A stretch of 63,089 nucleotides of DNA from a virus (taxonomy: Duplodnaviria; Caudoviricetes). The stretch lies in IMG/VR virus record IMGVR_UViG_3300044729_002069, positions 1 to 63,089 of that record. One strand, written 5' to 3'. Below the pieces are notes generated by a model. It made no database searches, was not told the DNA's origin, and saw nothing but the letters and a program-made list of their open reading frames with translations. Positions within the stretch are counted from its first letter, which is position 1. Each line of letters starts with the position of its first letter. The position numbers were made by a program, and so were the translations under genes. Shown piece by piece: positions 10,006 to 21,600 of this stretch.

Positions 10006-10437
10006 TTATTCAATCACTTCAACAAAATCACCATCCATCGTGAACTGAATGGAAACCGTACTGAGTTCTCCAGTGCTGGAGCCAACCTGCGCAGATGTAA
10101 TGTATGCGTCCAGCTTAATATCATCTTCGTCCTTGTTGCCCACATTGAGGATCAAGCGCACTCGATGATTGGTGTTAATCTCACCAATCCTCATGATATT
10201 CCCAAGAAGTTGCGTAAATTGTGTGTACTGACTACTTTCGCCGCTCTCCAGTCGATAGTAAAGCAGTGTTGCGCTACCAGTGGCTCCTTTTACGCCAGGA
10301 GTGAATGTGTTGGCGACACTGCTAATGTCATTAGTGGAAAGAAGCTCTACCGTTGTCTCAAGCGACCAGTCACGGATTTTGGCCACTGAACTGCCGTTGT
10401 ACCTCAGCGATCCAGTGCGGCCAGTATAGAAGCCCAT
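10006..10437 (-). CDS. Tail-tube-like protein
   Basis: VAKIRDWSLE...GVKGATGSA...AYITSAQ...VSIQFT.DG. Confidence 0.65.
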   Translation of the reverse strand: MGFYTGRTGSLRYNGSSVAKIRDWSLETTVELLSTNDISSVANTFTPGVKGATGSATLLYYRLESGESSQYTQFTQLLGNIMRIGEINTNHRVRLILNVGNKDEDDIKLDAYITSAQVGSSTGELSTVSIQFTMDGDFVEVIE

Positions 10438-10485
10438 ATCACCTATTGTTTTCTATCAGCTTAGCCACTAAGCATCACCAATGCC

Positions 10486-13400
10486 CTATAGCACCTTGAA
10501 TAGGTCGTTGGAGAAATTAGCCACCCTGCTCAGCAGCTTCCCTCCAGAATCCTGGCAGGGGTGCTCCATGGCCTTAACAGTCACTTCTCCTTCCTCGTCC
10601 ATCGCCACCTCTGTCACCCTGAACACACGCTTTCTGTTGTTCTTCACGCCCAGTACGAACATGGCGCCCTCTTTGCTTGAAAGGGAAGCTGCGCTAATGA
10701 CGCCGGTTGTGGCATTATTCACCACAGCCACGCCAGACAAGCTCTCGACTTTCTTCCCTGCTTGATACACAAGCATGTCATAGTTGCTGCTAACGATGGA
10801 GGAGCGTAAGGGGATGTTCAGTTCACCATCCTGCATCACCATGCCAGAGGATATGCGGTCCCAAGTGTTGAGGCCAATGTCCACGTAGATGTAGCTACCA
10901 GGCGACACGGGAGAATCAGTGGGGAATGTCTTGAACTCAACGCCCCGTCTCATCCATCGCCGCTGGTTACACAGCAACTTGCCAAACAGAATCGCTTGGT
11001 CTCGTTGGGTGACAAACTGCGACAAGTCAAGCGTTTGCCTGATTGCTGCGCCTTCTTGCGCGTCGGCCAAGCTCACTTGCACGCTTGCATTGCGTGGAAA
11101 CACGTCTTGTACTTCCGTGTCTCGATAAATGATGGTTGCAATGAGGTCTTGCGAACTGTCGCCATAGTCCACAAACTCTTCCTTGTAGCTGCCTTCAAGG
11201 ATGTTGCCTGCCGTGAACATGGCAGAAATCGTCACTTCCCGATCAGTCTCTCCCCTTCTGTTGGTTGGCACTGCAGGGATGAGGGTTTCCTTGCCGCCAA
11301 TCCTTGCAAGCTCCAGCAGGCTGTAAGGAGCCACTTCCGCCCAGAACTGCCGCCACGATGACAAGTCGGCAATCACGCCGTCCATGAACAAGCGGACGCC
11401 TAAACCATTGTTCTTGCAAAACCGCTTAGCAAGCGCCAAGCTTTCCCAGTCAATGCCTTCTGGCTTGGCATATTTACCAATGCCATTGTCTGTATCAAGA
11501 ACAGTGTCGGCAAAAATGTCAGGCGCATAGCTTGTGGAATTGGCGCTCCTGCTGCGCGTGCCATCTTTCTCGTCTACCACCCAACTTTCCTTGCCTTCTG
11601 TCACATAGGCGGTGATAGATCGCAAATCCTGTACGCCTTTGCCTGAATACACGCCAAGCGCAGCCATGCTCATAGCTTCATACTTACCGCTTGTACCGCC
11701 CACTTGCTGTTCCGTAACAGCAGTAATCTTGAACTCAGGCCCGCCTTCAAAGCTGAATTGTGTGCTGGTATCAGACCGCACAGAGAACAAGTCCCATTCG
11801 TTGGTGTAGAGAGGGCCTCGCTCCTCCAGGGCGTCCTTATTGAGCAGGCCAGCATTTACCAACGATCCTGTCCATTTAATCCTTCCCCCATCGCCCAGCC
11901 CATAACTAGAACGCTTGCCGCTGTTTTCAATGAAAGCAAACTGCGACTGACCGCTATCTTGCGTTTCTGCGCCAATATCACCAATGGGTTCCATCTTGAA
12001 CTCCCACTTAGCTGTAGACGGAGCCTTGAAATCTAGGCCAACGAAGTTGTCTTGATCTGCTGCGCGTCTTACGGCAAAGACAATGGGAATGGCAATATAA
12101 TCACGATTGCCAGTCTTTCTGTAGCTAACAGTGAAGAATGCCATTCGCCCTTGAATGCCATTGTCACTCATCTTGTAACCATCGGGAGCATCCTTCTCTC
12201 CATATTTCTTCTGTCTCCCCTGGATGCGCCGGAACAGTTTGCAGCGCAATGAAAACTTCACATAGTCACAAGCAGTGACAGTTTGATAGGCAGCAGAGTC
12301 TGCCTTGACGAGGCATTTGGTATAGAAGTTATCATCGGCAGCGCCTTGCAAGTCTTCCCAGTTTTTAAGGGCGTAGTCGAGAAAGTTGATCGCTTCTTCT
12401 TTCTCTTTAATTAGGGAGTCCATATAGCCTTTGACGGCTTCTGTACCAATGGCATCAGTGGTGAACTCTCCCTTCAAGTCGGCAACGCGCCTCTTGATAG
12501 CGACAATGCCACCAGTACCATAGCGATTGCCGTCAAGACCAACGAATGGGCTAGTAGTTCTACGAAGGAATTGTGAATAGGCTTTACGTCGCTCAGCAAT
12601 GCTGTCGCTCAAAATGTCGTCTTTGATTTCCCTGCGGCGTTCAATTTGCTTTTCTAGCTCCGCAATTCGCTTGCCACCTACCTCTAGCTTTGTTCCATCA
12701 GTCAGCACTTGAGTGCCGCTAATCTTGGCTGTCTCTGGGGAGAGCTTGTACGCTTCTAAGATGCGCTTTTCCAACTCTTCCTTGAGGCTGTCAATATCTT
12801 TCTTGACAGCTTGAAATGCGGCATTGTTCTTCGCCTCTTTGCGCAATTGCTTGTCGTAGTCGCCTGCCAGTACATCGTCCCTGAGCTGGCGGACTTTCTC
12901 TAGGTCGTCGTCAAGCTCCTTTCGCAGCTTTGCAACAGACAGGCGAGGTTTGTCTGACAAGAAGCGTTCAAGCTCTTTCTTGCTGTTTGCCAGCGATCCT
13001 CCGCGAGTGACAATGTAAGACTGCCTCTCGTCTAGTTCGTCTCTCCATTGGATGGTTTCCGTGCCTTGGAAGGAATAACGCTTGCCTAGAAAGCGAAACT
13101 CAACGTCACCGGATTGCTCCGTGGTGGTGTCATAGTCGTCGCTATTGGTGACCCTCCTGAGGAACGTGGGGATGGCATCGGCGCGAGGGGCCTCGTCCAA
13201 AAGCTTGGGGCCTGTTGTTTCCGCGTCAGAAGCTTTTGCCTTTAGCACCTCTTGAGCGGTTTCTAGGTCTTCTCTGTCCTTGTCATCCCACGTTTTAGCT
13301 TTCGTTTCGTCGTATGGCGTGAGTGGCCTGCGGCCAGGCTCCACACATTCAAAGACGGCCTCCACTTCATTCTTGTCTAGGTTGGTCTCATCACTCACGC

Positions 13401-14382
13401 CAACCAGCTTGAACTTTGCGCTGCCAAGCTTGTAGACAGCAGCTTGGTCAAGTGACGACACCATTTGATAGCGCAAGTTCTTAGCGGCTTCTTGAGCCAC
13501 CTTGTCTTGTCGCCTAAATGCTTTCTCAAAAATAAGCGTGAGCTTATCGCCTTCTTTGTAGCGCACATCGCTGCCCGACTGCCAGCTCCCTCCCTTAATA
13601 CGAATGCCCAAGTCTGCCCAGTCTGGCCGCCCTGACGTGCGACGCTCCTGAATCTCCACGTTCACTGGAATGGGATCGTAAACGCCAATGGAAGTGAGGC
13701 TGCTAGGCGTGAAGGCTTGGCTGTAGCCCTCTAGGCGCTTGTCACCATCTCGCAATTGGCATACGTCAGAAGACGATGGGGCTCCGTCCCTAGTTGGATC
13801 TTTGCCATCACCCAGCACTTTATTGTTGTAGCTGACATTGCCGTTTTGGTTGTAGTAGAGCCAAGTGTTGGCACCACTGAACTGTCCTAATGGAAGCTGG
13901 CCAAATGCCACTCTGTCAAAGTCAATCGTTTTGACTTTCGCTGCGCCTACCAACAAAAGCAGTTGCATGAACTGACTACTGCCATAGCTTTCCACGGCAG
14001 ACCATACGAGCGACGTGGCAACACGCACTGAACCACGGGCGTTGTCTTTGGAGCAGTAGACGAGGTTGACTGGTTGGCCGTATTGCGCAAGCTCTTGGGA
14101 GGAATTGAAGCCAAAGCGTGGACTAAAGCGCTGCTCTCTGGGGCGTCGTTGATTCTGTTCTTCCGGCTTTGGCGCTAACAACGCTGCCGCCACCTGAAAG
14201 ACAATGCCAACAATGGTGAGGATCAGTGCTACCTCGGCCACCCCGTTCTGCGGCTTCTCCAGAATCTGCTCAGGAGACTTTTCGCAGTCTCTCGTTGCCA
14301 TCAAGAAGTCAAGATACTCTTGCTTCGTAATGCCAAGGGCTTCCACCAGTTGGTGTTCGTATGGCAGCAGCGGACGATTCAT
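10486..14382 (-). CDS. Tail tip / central fibre (lambda J-like) protein
   Basis: 1298 aa; position after the K/L/M-like genes; IDWESL..A..FC...LFMDGV and F..GNILEGSY motifs. Confidence 0.75.
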   Translation of the reverse strand: MNRPLLPYEHQLVEALGITKQEYLDFLMATRDCEKSPEQILEKPQNGVAEVALILTIVGIVFQVAAALLAPKPEEQNQRRPREQRFSPRFGFNSSQELAQYGQPVNLVYCSKDNARGSVRVATSLVWSAVESYGSSQFMQLLLLVGAAKVKTIDFDRVAFGQLPLGQFSGANTWLYYNQNGNVSYNNKVLGDGKDPTRDGAPSSSDVCQLRDGDKRLEGYSQAFTPSSLTSIGVYDPIPVNVEIQERRTSGRPDWADLGIRIKGGSWQSGSDVRYKEGDKLTLIFEKAFRRQDKVAQEAAKNLRYQMVSSLDQAAVYKLGSAKFKLVGVSDETNLDKNEVEAVFECVEPGRRPLTPYDETKAKTWDDKDREDLETAQEVLKAKASDAETTGPKLLDEAPRADAIPTFLRRVTNSDDYDTTTEQSGDVEFRFLGKRYSFQGTETIQWRDELDERQSYIVTRGGSLANSKKELERFLSDKPRLSVAKLRKELDDDLEKVRQLRDDVLAGDYDKQLRKEAKNNAAFQAVKKDIDSLKEELEKRILEAYKLSPETAKISGTQVLTDGTKLEVGGKRIAELEKQIERRREIKDDILSDSIAERRKAYSQFLRRTTSPFVGLDGNRYGTGGIVAIKRRVADLKGEFTTDAIGTEAVKGYMDSLIKEKEEAINFLDYALKNWEDLQGAADDNFYTKCLVKADSAAYQTVTACDYVKFSLRCKLFRRIQGRQKKYGEKDAPDGYKMSDNGIQGRMAFFTVSYRKTGNRDYIAIPIVFAVRRAADQDNFVGLDFKAPSTAKWEFKMEPIGDIGAETQDSGQSQFAFIENSGKRSSYGLGDGGRIKWTGSLVNAGLLNKDALEERGPLYTNEWDLFSVRSDTSTQFSFEGGPEFKITAVTEQQVGGTSGKYEAMSMAALGVYSGKGVQDLRSITAYVTEGKESWVVDEKDGTRSRSANSTSYAPDIFADTVLDTDNGIGKYAKPEGIDWESLALAKRFCKNNGLGVRLFMDGVIADLSSWRQFWAEVAPYSLLELARIGGKETLIPAVPTNRRGETDREVTISAMFTAGNILEGSYKEEFVDYGDSSQDLIATIIYRDTEVQDVFPRNASVQVSLADAQEGAAIRQTLDLSQFVTQRDQAILFGKLLCNQRRWMRRGVEFKTFPTDSPVSPGSYIYVDIGLNTWDRISSGMVMQDGELNIPLRSSIVSSNYDMLVYQAGKKVESLSGVAVVNNATTGVISAASLSSKEGAMFVLGVKNNRKRVFRVTEVAMDEEGEVTVKAMEHPCQDSGGKLLSRVANFSNDLFKVL

Positions 14383-14765
14383 TTGCGCAGTCTAAAATAG
14401 TGGCCAATGGTAGGAGGCATGGGAGCAATCACCACGCCATTCTTTTTGTGAATGTGCAAGATTCGCCCATCATCCATTACTGTCCCCATCGCTCCTCCAT
14501 TCTGCCCCTCCATGAGCACCACGGCATGAGGCTCCGGTCCTTCTAGGCGAGTGCCATTCTTTAGCAGCCATCGAGCCATGAACCACGATGGCAGAGAATC
14601 GTCAGTGTATTGCTCAAACACCCAAGCAAAGTCTGGCGCGTAGTCGTGGTAGCCAAGTCGCTTATGCACTTCCGCAGCGAGCAGGCAGCAATCCACAGTG
14701 CCGCTTCCATCGCCAGGTACTGCGGCCCATGCCCGATTAAGCCCAATCAAGTCGTGGAAGCTCAT
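14379..14765 (-). CDS. NlpC/P60-like tail assembly protein (lambda K-like)
   Basis: DLIGL..AW...DCCLLA motif; syntenic position. Confidence 0.6.
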   Translation of the reverse strand: MSFHDLIGLNRAWAAVPGDGSGTVDCCLLAAEVHKRLGYHDYAPDFAWVFEQYTDDSLPSWFMARWLLKNGTRLEGPEPHAVVLMEGQNGGAMGTVMDDGRILHIHKKNGVVIAPMPPTIGHYFRLRK

Positions 14766-15229
14766 TGCAGATAGAGTTCGGCATTGAGAGGCAAGATGCC
14801 CACATTGTCCACGCTTAGCGTGCGAGCAGGGAACGATGCTCCTACGCTGTCCATTGCGCTCCTGAAGCGAAGTTCCACGGTTTCGTCGCTATAGCTTGCA
14901 CCAATGCCAATGTAGTAGTCAGAGAAGCCTGGTACAAGCTGATCAGAGGCTGTCACCCATGCCGTTGTCAGCTCTAAGGCGCTGAGGCGGTTTCCGTCAG
15001 AAGCTTCCACCATCCGCACGATGATTTCCTCTGCAGGAAACAACACGCGGAATTGTTGGTTTTCGCCATTGAGACTTGCCATGGCGCCGTCCGCTTGGAA
15101 TGGCGCGAAAGTGTAGCCTCGCCCGTTAAAATTTTTGCTCTGGCCAATGAAGTAGTTTTGCAGTCGATATGTAGCAGTTTTGTCTGCACTTGTGTAGTCA
15201 AAGAACTGGCAAAGGCGAATAACTGTCAT
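14762..15229 (-). CDS. Minor tail protein (lambda L-like)
   Basis: F.GRGYTFAPF and VELRFRSAMD motifs; synteny. Confidence 0.6.
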   Translation of the reverse strand: MTVIRLCQFFDYTSADKTATYRLQNYFIGQSKNFNGRGYTFAPFQADGAMASLNGENQQFRVLFPAEEIIVRMVEASDGNRLSALELTTAWVTASDQLVPGFSDYYIGIGASYSDETVELRFRSAMDSVGASFPARTLSVDNVGILPLNAELYLQ

Positions 15230-15615
15230 AGGTCAATGTCACCCTGCAATTCAATGGTTACATTGCTGATTTCTCTATACACTGACTGAATGGTTGGAGG
15301 TCCAACGTATTCCCATTGAATGTCATAGGGAGACTGAATAAAACCCTGTAAATTGTTTGTCATTCCAGCAAAAAGGCCGTTAGGAAGCCTGAAGCGCTCA
15401 AAGCCTCCCGATGTGTCCCTGTAATGACGCAACAATTCAACGGTATCAGGATCGTGGAGGTTCTGGTAGAAAAGGGAGAGCTTGTAGCTGTTGGGCTTAT
15501 TGCCAAAGCTGCGCTTAACTGTCGCACCAGATAGCGCCCGATACGTCTTAATGGGAAACTGCCCAAGCGTGAACTCGCGCTGGGAGGGAACGATGGAGGG
15601 GAATGTTTGACTCAT
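15226..15615 (-). CDS. Distal tail / minor tail protein (lambda M-like)
   Basis: Immediately downstream of the tape measure; FPSIVPS.R...LSLFY.NL...W.Y..PP. Confidence 0.6.
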   Translation of the reverse strand: MSQTFPSIVPSQREFTLGQFPIKTYRALSGATVKRSFGNKPNSYKLSLFYQNLHDPDTVELLRHYRDTSGGFERFRLPNGLFAGMTNNLQGFIQSPYDIQWEYVGPPTIQSVYREISNVTIELQGDIDL

Positions 15616-15617
15616 GA

Positions 15618-18600
15618 TCAGCGCCCTCTCATGCCAATGCGGCTTCTAGTAGCAGGGCTCTGTTGAATCTTATCGAGAGTCATGTTCATCCCACGAAGAG
15701 CACCGTCTTTTGCAGCCTGGCGACGAGTGGAAGCCATTGCTGCCTCTAGTTGATCCCTGCTGACGTATTCTACGCCGCCAATGTTGGTGCTCTCAAACTT
15801 CATGGAAAGAATAGGCGCCATCGCCTGTATTGGGCTCATGGTGTTCATTGCTTCGCGCAGGGAGGCTGATTGATCGTTCATTTTCACGGGGATGGAGCGA
15901 CCGTCAGGCAGGGGCACAATGGCTTCGTTGTAACGACCTTCTCCAACCATTCCGAGCGTGGGGCCATTCACCACTCCACCATTGGCAAAGAACTTCAGTC
16001 CAGTATTGAAGTTCCAAGGAATGCCACTTCCGCCGCTCATCGCAGCAGCACCTCCGCCACCACCAAACAAACCGCCAAGGCCGCCCAGAGCGCTAAAGCC
16101 GCCCAATGCACTGCCCAGGCTCATGGCGATAGAGCCAATGCCGCCAAGCACGCCAGACACGCCACCTTCCTTGATTTGGCTGATGCCTGCCGTAATGCCG
16201 ACAATGGAACTGGCCGCAATGCCCACCGCAGAGACGGTCTTGCCAAGGTTTTGCTGCCAAGTGGTTGTAGCAGTCGCGCCTTTGCGGGCTTCCTCGACAA
16301 GCGATGAAGTGACTGCAGACGTGTTGGCATTGAATTGCTCCATTGCCTGTCCCATGCCTCCCAGTGAATCTGGGAACTGCCATGCCTGTTCAGACGCTTC
16401 TTGCATAGCCTTTCCGCTCATTTCAAAGGCTGGCGCATTTAGTACATCGCCCATCAAAGGCGATGGCAGAGAAGCGTTGCCTCCAAAGGCTTGTCCAGAG
16501 GCGCCAGCAGGGGTGCCTTGCAGTGCTGCCGTATTACGATCAAGGGCTGCAATTTGACGCTCCATAGCTGCAATGGTTTCAGCTCTCTGCTCTTCTTCGT
16601 TGGGCAGGCCAAAGACGTTGAGCAGTTGATCTTTGAAGAACTTTTCAACTGGCTTCATCGAGAAGTCGATGAACATTGTGAACACTTGCTTAGACAGACT
16701 TTCCTGCATCCGCTTAGCAGCTTCTTTAATGTCACCTCCGCTCATAATGTCAACGAACAAGCCCTTGTAGCTTGACAGCACGCCATCAACGGCATCATTC
16801 ACTAAGGCGGCGGCTTCTTCCATAGCCTTCATCGCGTCAGCGTTTTTCAACGCCAAAAGCGAAGCCTCCAGTACTTCTGCGTTGTATGCGGCTTGCTGCG
16901 TCGTTACGGATTCCAGCGCTTTTGTGTGTAACGCGATTCGATCCTGTACTCCCTTTAACTCGGCCTCGTAGAGAGCCTGCATTTCTCCTCCTTTCTTGAC
17001 CTGCTCTGCAAGCGTCTTCTCTTGAACTTCCAACTCTGTAATTTTCTGCCTATAAGTTTCCGCTTGCAATGTGCCAGCAATGTCGGCTCGCGTGATTTGC
17101 TCGCGAGCTTGGATGTACTCCTCTGGAGCGCCTTGCAGAAGGAGGGCATTGCGTTCTTTTAGCAACTGCGCATCAAGACGCAGTTGTTCAACGGGGAAGA
17201 TTTCTCCCACTTGTTGCGCAAGAAGTGCGCGGGTTTGCTCAAGGTCAACCCTCGCCCCATTGACAACTTTCCCTAGCTCAATGGCTAAGACGTTTGCCCT
17301 CTCCATTTCGGCCAGTTCAACGCTGAACTCAGCACCTTGTTCGGCCCTAGCAATAGACTGCCTAGCACCAGAGGCGGGCCTCTTCATGCCACTAAACTCA
17401 ACGTGGCCGCCGTGAGAGCCTGGGTAATCGTGGATGTTCCAGCCATACTGGGCGCCATGTCTTTTAATCCATTCCAAAGACCGCCCATGTATGTCCATTG
17501 CAGTGCCGGCTAGGTGTCGAGAACCCGTGGCACCTCCAACCGCTGCATTTTTACGGGCCGAGCGCTGGGAGCTGGCAATGTCACTTCCCCTTACCTGTCC
17601 ACCGGACGCTGTAATCATCGCCGCAAAGGCTTCTGCTGCCTCCCTGCTGAATACAACAGGACGACCCTGCGCATCTTTAACACCTGGCACCGTATAGCCG
17701 CTTCCCGTTTCAGGATGGATCACTGGCACCGCTACTCCCAGCGTGGCCACAGAAGCAGGCGGGGCTGCGCCAGTCACGGAGGGAAGCACTGGAGCTGCGG
17801 GAGGCGTCAAGAACTGCCTTGCTTGACGTTGAATCTCGGGAGGCTGCGCCTGGCTACCGCCTGGCAGCGATGGCCAAGTGCCTTGGCTCAGGATCGCGTC
17901 AGCATCATCAAACCTTCCCGCGACAATCGCCTCATAAGCGCGTGGCCGATGCCGCTTGATCCACCCTTCAACTGCAGCAGCCGACTCGCTGTAGTTTGCC
18001 GATCTTGAGTTTTTCCCTCCAGAAGCAGCAAGGGCTTCTTGATGGAATGGTCCCTTTGTCTGGAAGTAGCCCATTGCTCCAGACCCTTCCGCATTGGGCA
18101 CGTTCCTGATGCGTGTCTCAAGGAAAGCAAGTCGCCTTAGGTAGTTCTGAACATTACCCTGTCCGCCCATCGCCGCCGCACCTTCTGCGGGCAGCAGTGC
18201 CGCCGCTTGTTGACTTGCCGCCCGCAGCGCCTTGGCCGCATTGATTTTCATGCCAGCTTCCGTGACGCGAGCAGTGGCCTCAGAAAGACGCCTGGTGCTA
18301 CGCATTTGTATTTCAAGAAGCTCTTTTTCATTGCGCTTATTCTTGGCATGTATTTCATTCATGCCAGCCATTTCATAATCAAACTTTGCATCCATGAGCG
18401 ATTTTTCCAGCTCAAAACTTTGCTCTGCTAGTTCGCGCATTTGCTCGTAGCGGAGCTTGTCTTTATCGTTCTGGAACTCAGCAGTTGCAGTGATTAGCTG
18501 TCCTTGTTGTCGAGCATATTGCTCCGCAAGGCGCTGTTGCTCTGCGGCAAGTTTTGCGCGATCTTCTTCAGCTTTTCTGGCTGCCTTGTCTGGATCACCA

Positions 18601-21600
18601 GAAGGCTGTAGGTCAATGGGGGTGAGGGCTTGCTGTTTGCTTTGATTGGCCACTTGAACGGCGGTTTTCAACTCATCCGCTGCGTTTCCTGCGTCACTTA
18701 ACGCTTCACGCCAAGCAATTTCAGCTAGTTGTAAATTGGCACTAGCCTGCTGTTGTGTGATGTCAGGCGATGCCCCGACAAGAGGAACGCCTCCTGCAGC
18801 CCGTTGCACAAAACCGCCGGGGCCACGGGCTAGTCCTGCGGCTAATCCACTGCGTTGAAGCCTGGCGAAATCCTCTTCCGATACCTGCTGAGGGCCTTTC
18901 GCGGCAATCGTCGCCAAGATGTCGCGTGACCTCTTGAAGGACTGCACTCTCTCTTCCGCTTCACCTAGCTTCCGTGTTATAGGCTCAGTCATGCCAGCAA
19001 CGGCCATCTCGTTCAATTCATCACGTGCCTTCCTAGCCCTTGCCGCAGACTCTGCCAGCTTTTGATTTACTCTGTCAATCGAATTGGCGAGTATTTCAAA
19101 AGCAGTCCACACGGCCGCTACGACAATGCCAGCAAGAGCCGCCTTTGCAGCCGCAGACGTGGCAATAAGAACTCTGAGCTTCACAATGGTCGCTTGAGTT
19201 TGAGTGGCAAGCAGGACCAATCCTCTCACCGCTGCCACGATTCCAGCCTTCGCCATAAGCTGAAGTGCGGCAGTTACAAGCGCAACCTTCGCGGCAAAGT
19301 TGGCCAAGAATCCACCAACGGGAGTATTGATGAATCGAGCAATTTGCTCCAATGCGAACAAAATGAACCTGCCCAGCTCCGCAAATGTTGGCGCCAGGCT
19401 CATAATCACATCGCCTAGCGCCCTGCCAATTTCAGTGATCTGCTGGAACACCGTATAAATGGCTAGTGCTTGCCCGCTCAATGCGCCAGCGGGGCCAGCG
19501 TTGCCTTGCGCTGCAGCAGCGAATGCTTGCACTGCTTGCGTTGCACTTGCAACAGCCTCAGAGATCAATGGGAAAGCCTGTTGTGCAACAATGTTTACAA
19601 GCGGCTCAAATGCCTCGTACAGCCTCAGCACGCTATTCTGCATGTCATTCAGCGCACCACGAAGAGTTTTGGCAGCACCAGCCGCACCTTGAGAAAAGTC
19701 TCGATTTAGCAGAATGCCTACATTATTAAGCACTTGCTGCATTGCCTTGCCCCTGAAAGCTCCGTCCTCCATCGCCTTGGAGAACTCAGGAATGTCCATT
19801 TGCGCTGCTTCTGCGAAAAGCGCCAATGCTCCAGGCAGCACGTCGCCCAACTGCCCACGCAGCTCTTCTGCCGTGATCTGCCCCTTGCTCGCCATCTGAG
19901 AAAGGGCGTATGTCACCCTGTCTACCTTGTCGGCACTCAAGCCGAATGTGGCAGCAGCCTTTGACACACCAGTGAACAGGTTTTGGATTTCTTCCGCGCC
20001 AAACCCTGCAGGCGCCATCGAGGCGTACATGCGGGCAAAGCCTTCCCTGATACTTGCCAATGGCACGGCAAAGCGATCCGCCAAATTGTCTAAGAAGGCA
20101 AAGGAACGGTCAGTCTCCGCAGCGGAGCCAGTGATGGCATTGAGCTGGTTGCGGATAGACTGCAGGGCGCTAGAAGCATCCAGCGCCTGACGCGGCAAGT
20201 CCATGATGAACGCCAAGCCCTTGTAAGCAGCGCCATACAGCAACACTTGTTTCGTAGCTTGCCCGAACTCTCCAGCAAGCTCCTCAATAGCACCAGCAAG
20301 CGGCACTCTTGCTTGACGAAGGTAACGGTCAGCTTCTCCTAGCGACTTGGCGAATCGACCACCAGCGAGGTAGCCAGAGGGAAGTGCGGTAGAAGGTCTT
20401 TCCCCGCCTCCTCCGTAAGGCGCAGGAGTCCGACCAACACCAGGGGGAAGTTGAGGTGGGCCGCCTCCACCAACGCCTTCTGCCATCACTGACAAGCCAC
20501 GCGCCGCTGATCTTTGATACGCCTGTGCAATGCGATCTTGCACGGACATACCAGTAGCGGAAGGCAGTAATCCTGCGATCTGCCGACCACCCAACGCTGC
20601 CTGCATGGAAGTGCCAAGATCACGCACGTTTACGGAGCGCACTGCAGCATTCAACTCGGCTTTTATTGAATCGACAAAAGCATTGGCGGCTCCGCGTAGA
20701 GCTTCTTTTAGAGATGGGGAAAGAATGTCGCCAACAAGTCGCTTTTGCTCTGCGAATGACGTGCCGGGTAGTGCTGCAAAGTTTGCGCCAGGCGGCAGCG
20801 CCCTGCCAGTAGAGGATGGGCCAATGGGAGGGCGAGAGCTTGGCGGCACCTGAGCAGGCCAGTTGATCGCAGGAGGGGCAAGCCTCGCTCTTCGTTGTGC
20901 CGCAACCTGCGCCGGGTCCATGCCCAGCATGTGGAAGACGCCCCTGGCAAACGTATCCAACACTCGCTGCACGCCGCTCCTGTCTGGATTGCGCATCACA
21001 GCCTGAGGATCAAGAAACTTCTTGATCATCTCCACCGACGCATCGGCAACAATCTTTTGAATGATGTTGCCCTTGTTTAGTTTGCTAACGCCAGATACAT
21101 TCATCTGCTTAGCAATCTGCCTCAGTTGCTCATTCGTGAAGCCACCAGTCTCTAAGCGGGATTGAAGCTGGGAACGTCGAGCGGCTTCCGTGACGCCGCC
21201 GCCAGCCATTCGTGCCGCACCCATTGCGCTAATGGTTTGCATTCCACGCGCTACCTCGGCATCAATTTCTGCTTGCGTCTTGGCGCCGCCACGAATTGCC
21301 GCTGATTGCAGATTGGCCTTTACGTCAATAGTGGTAGAACCAAGCTTTCTAACTACATCTGCCTTGAACTTGCTCGCGGCACTATCGGACAGTGGCTGCA
21401 GTCCCACGGGAAGCAGTATCTTGCCCCCTTGAGCCATGATGCCTCTGTAGACATCAGCGCGAATCTTGCGGGCTTCACGCTGACTGACTGCTGCCCTGCC
21501 ACTAACAGGAATCTCTAGCTTTGTATCTTGCAGTGCCTCCAGCCTGTCTTTCAGTTTTTCTGCTTTCGCTATGGAAGCGTCAAGCTGAACGTCTTTAATT

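Noticed and set aside
1-14382. Diversity-generating retroelement or invertible tail-fibre cassette
   Set aside because: No reverse transcriptase, recombinase or template/variable repeat pair was seen in the window.
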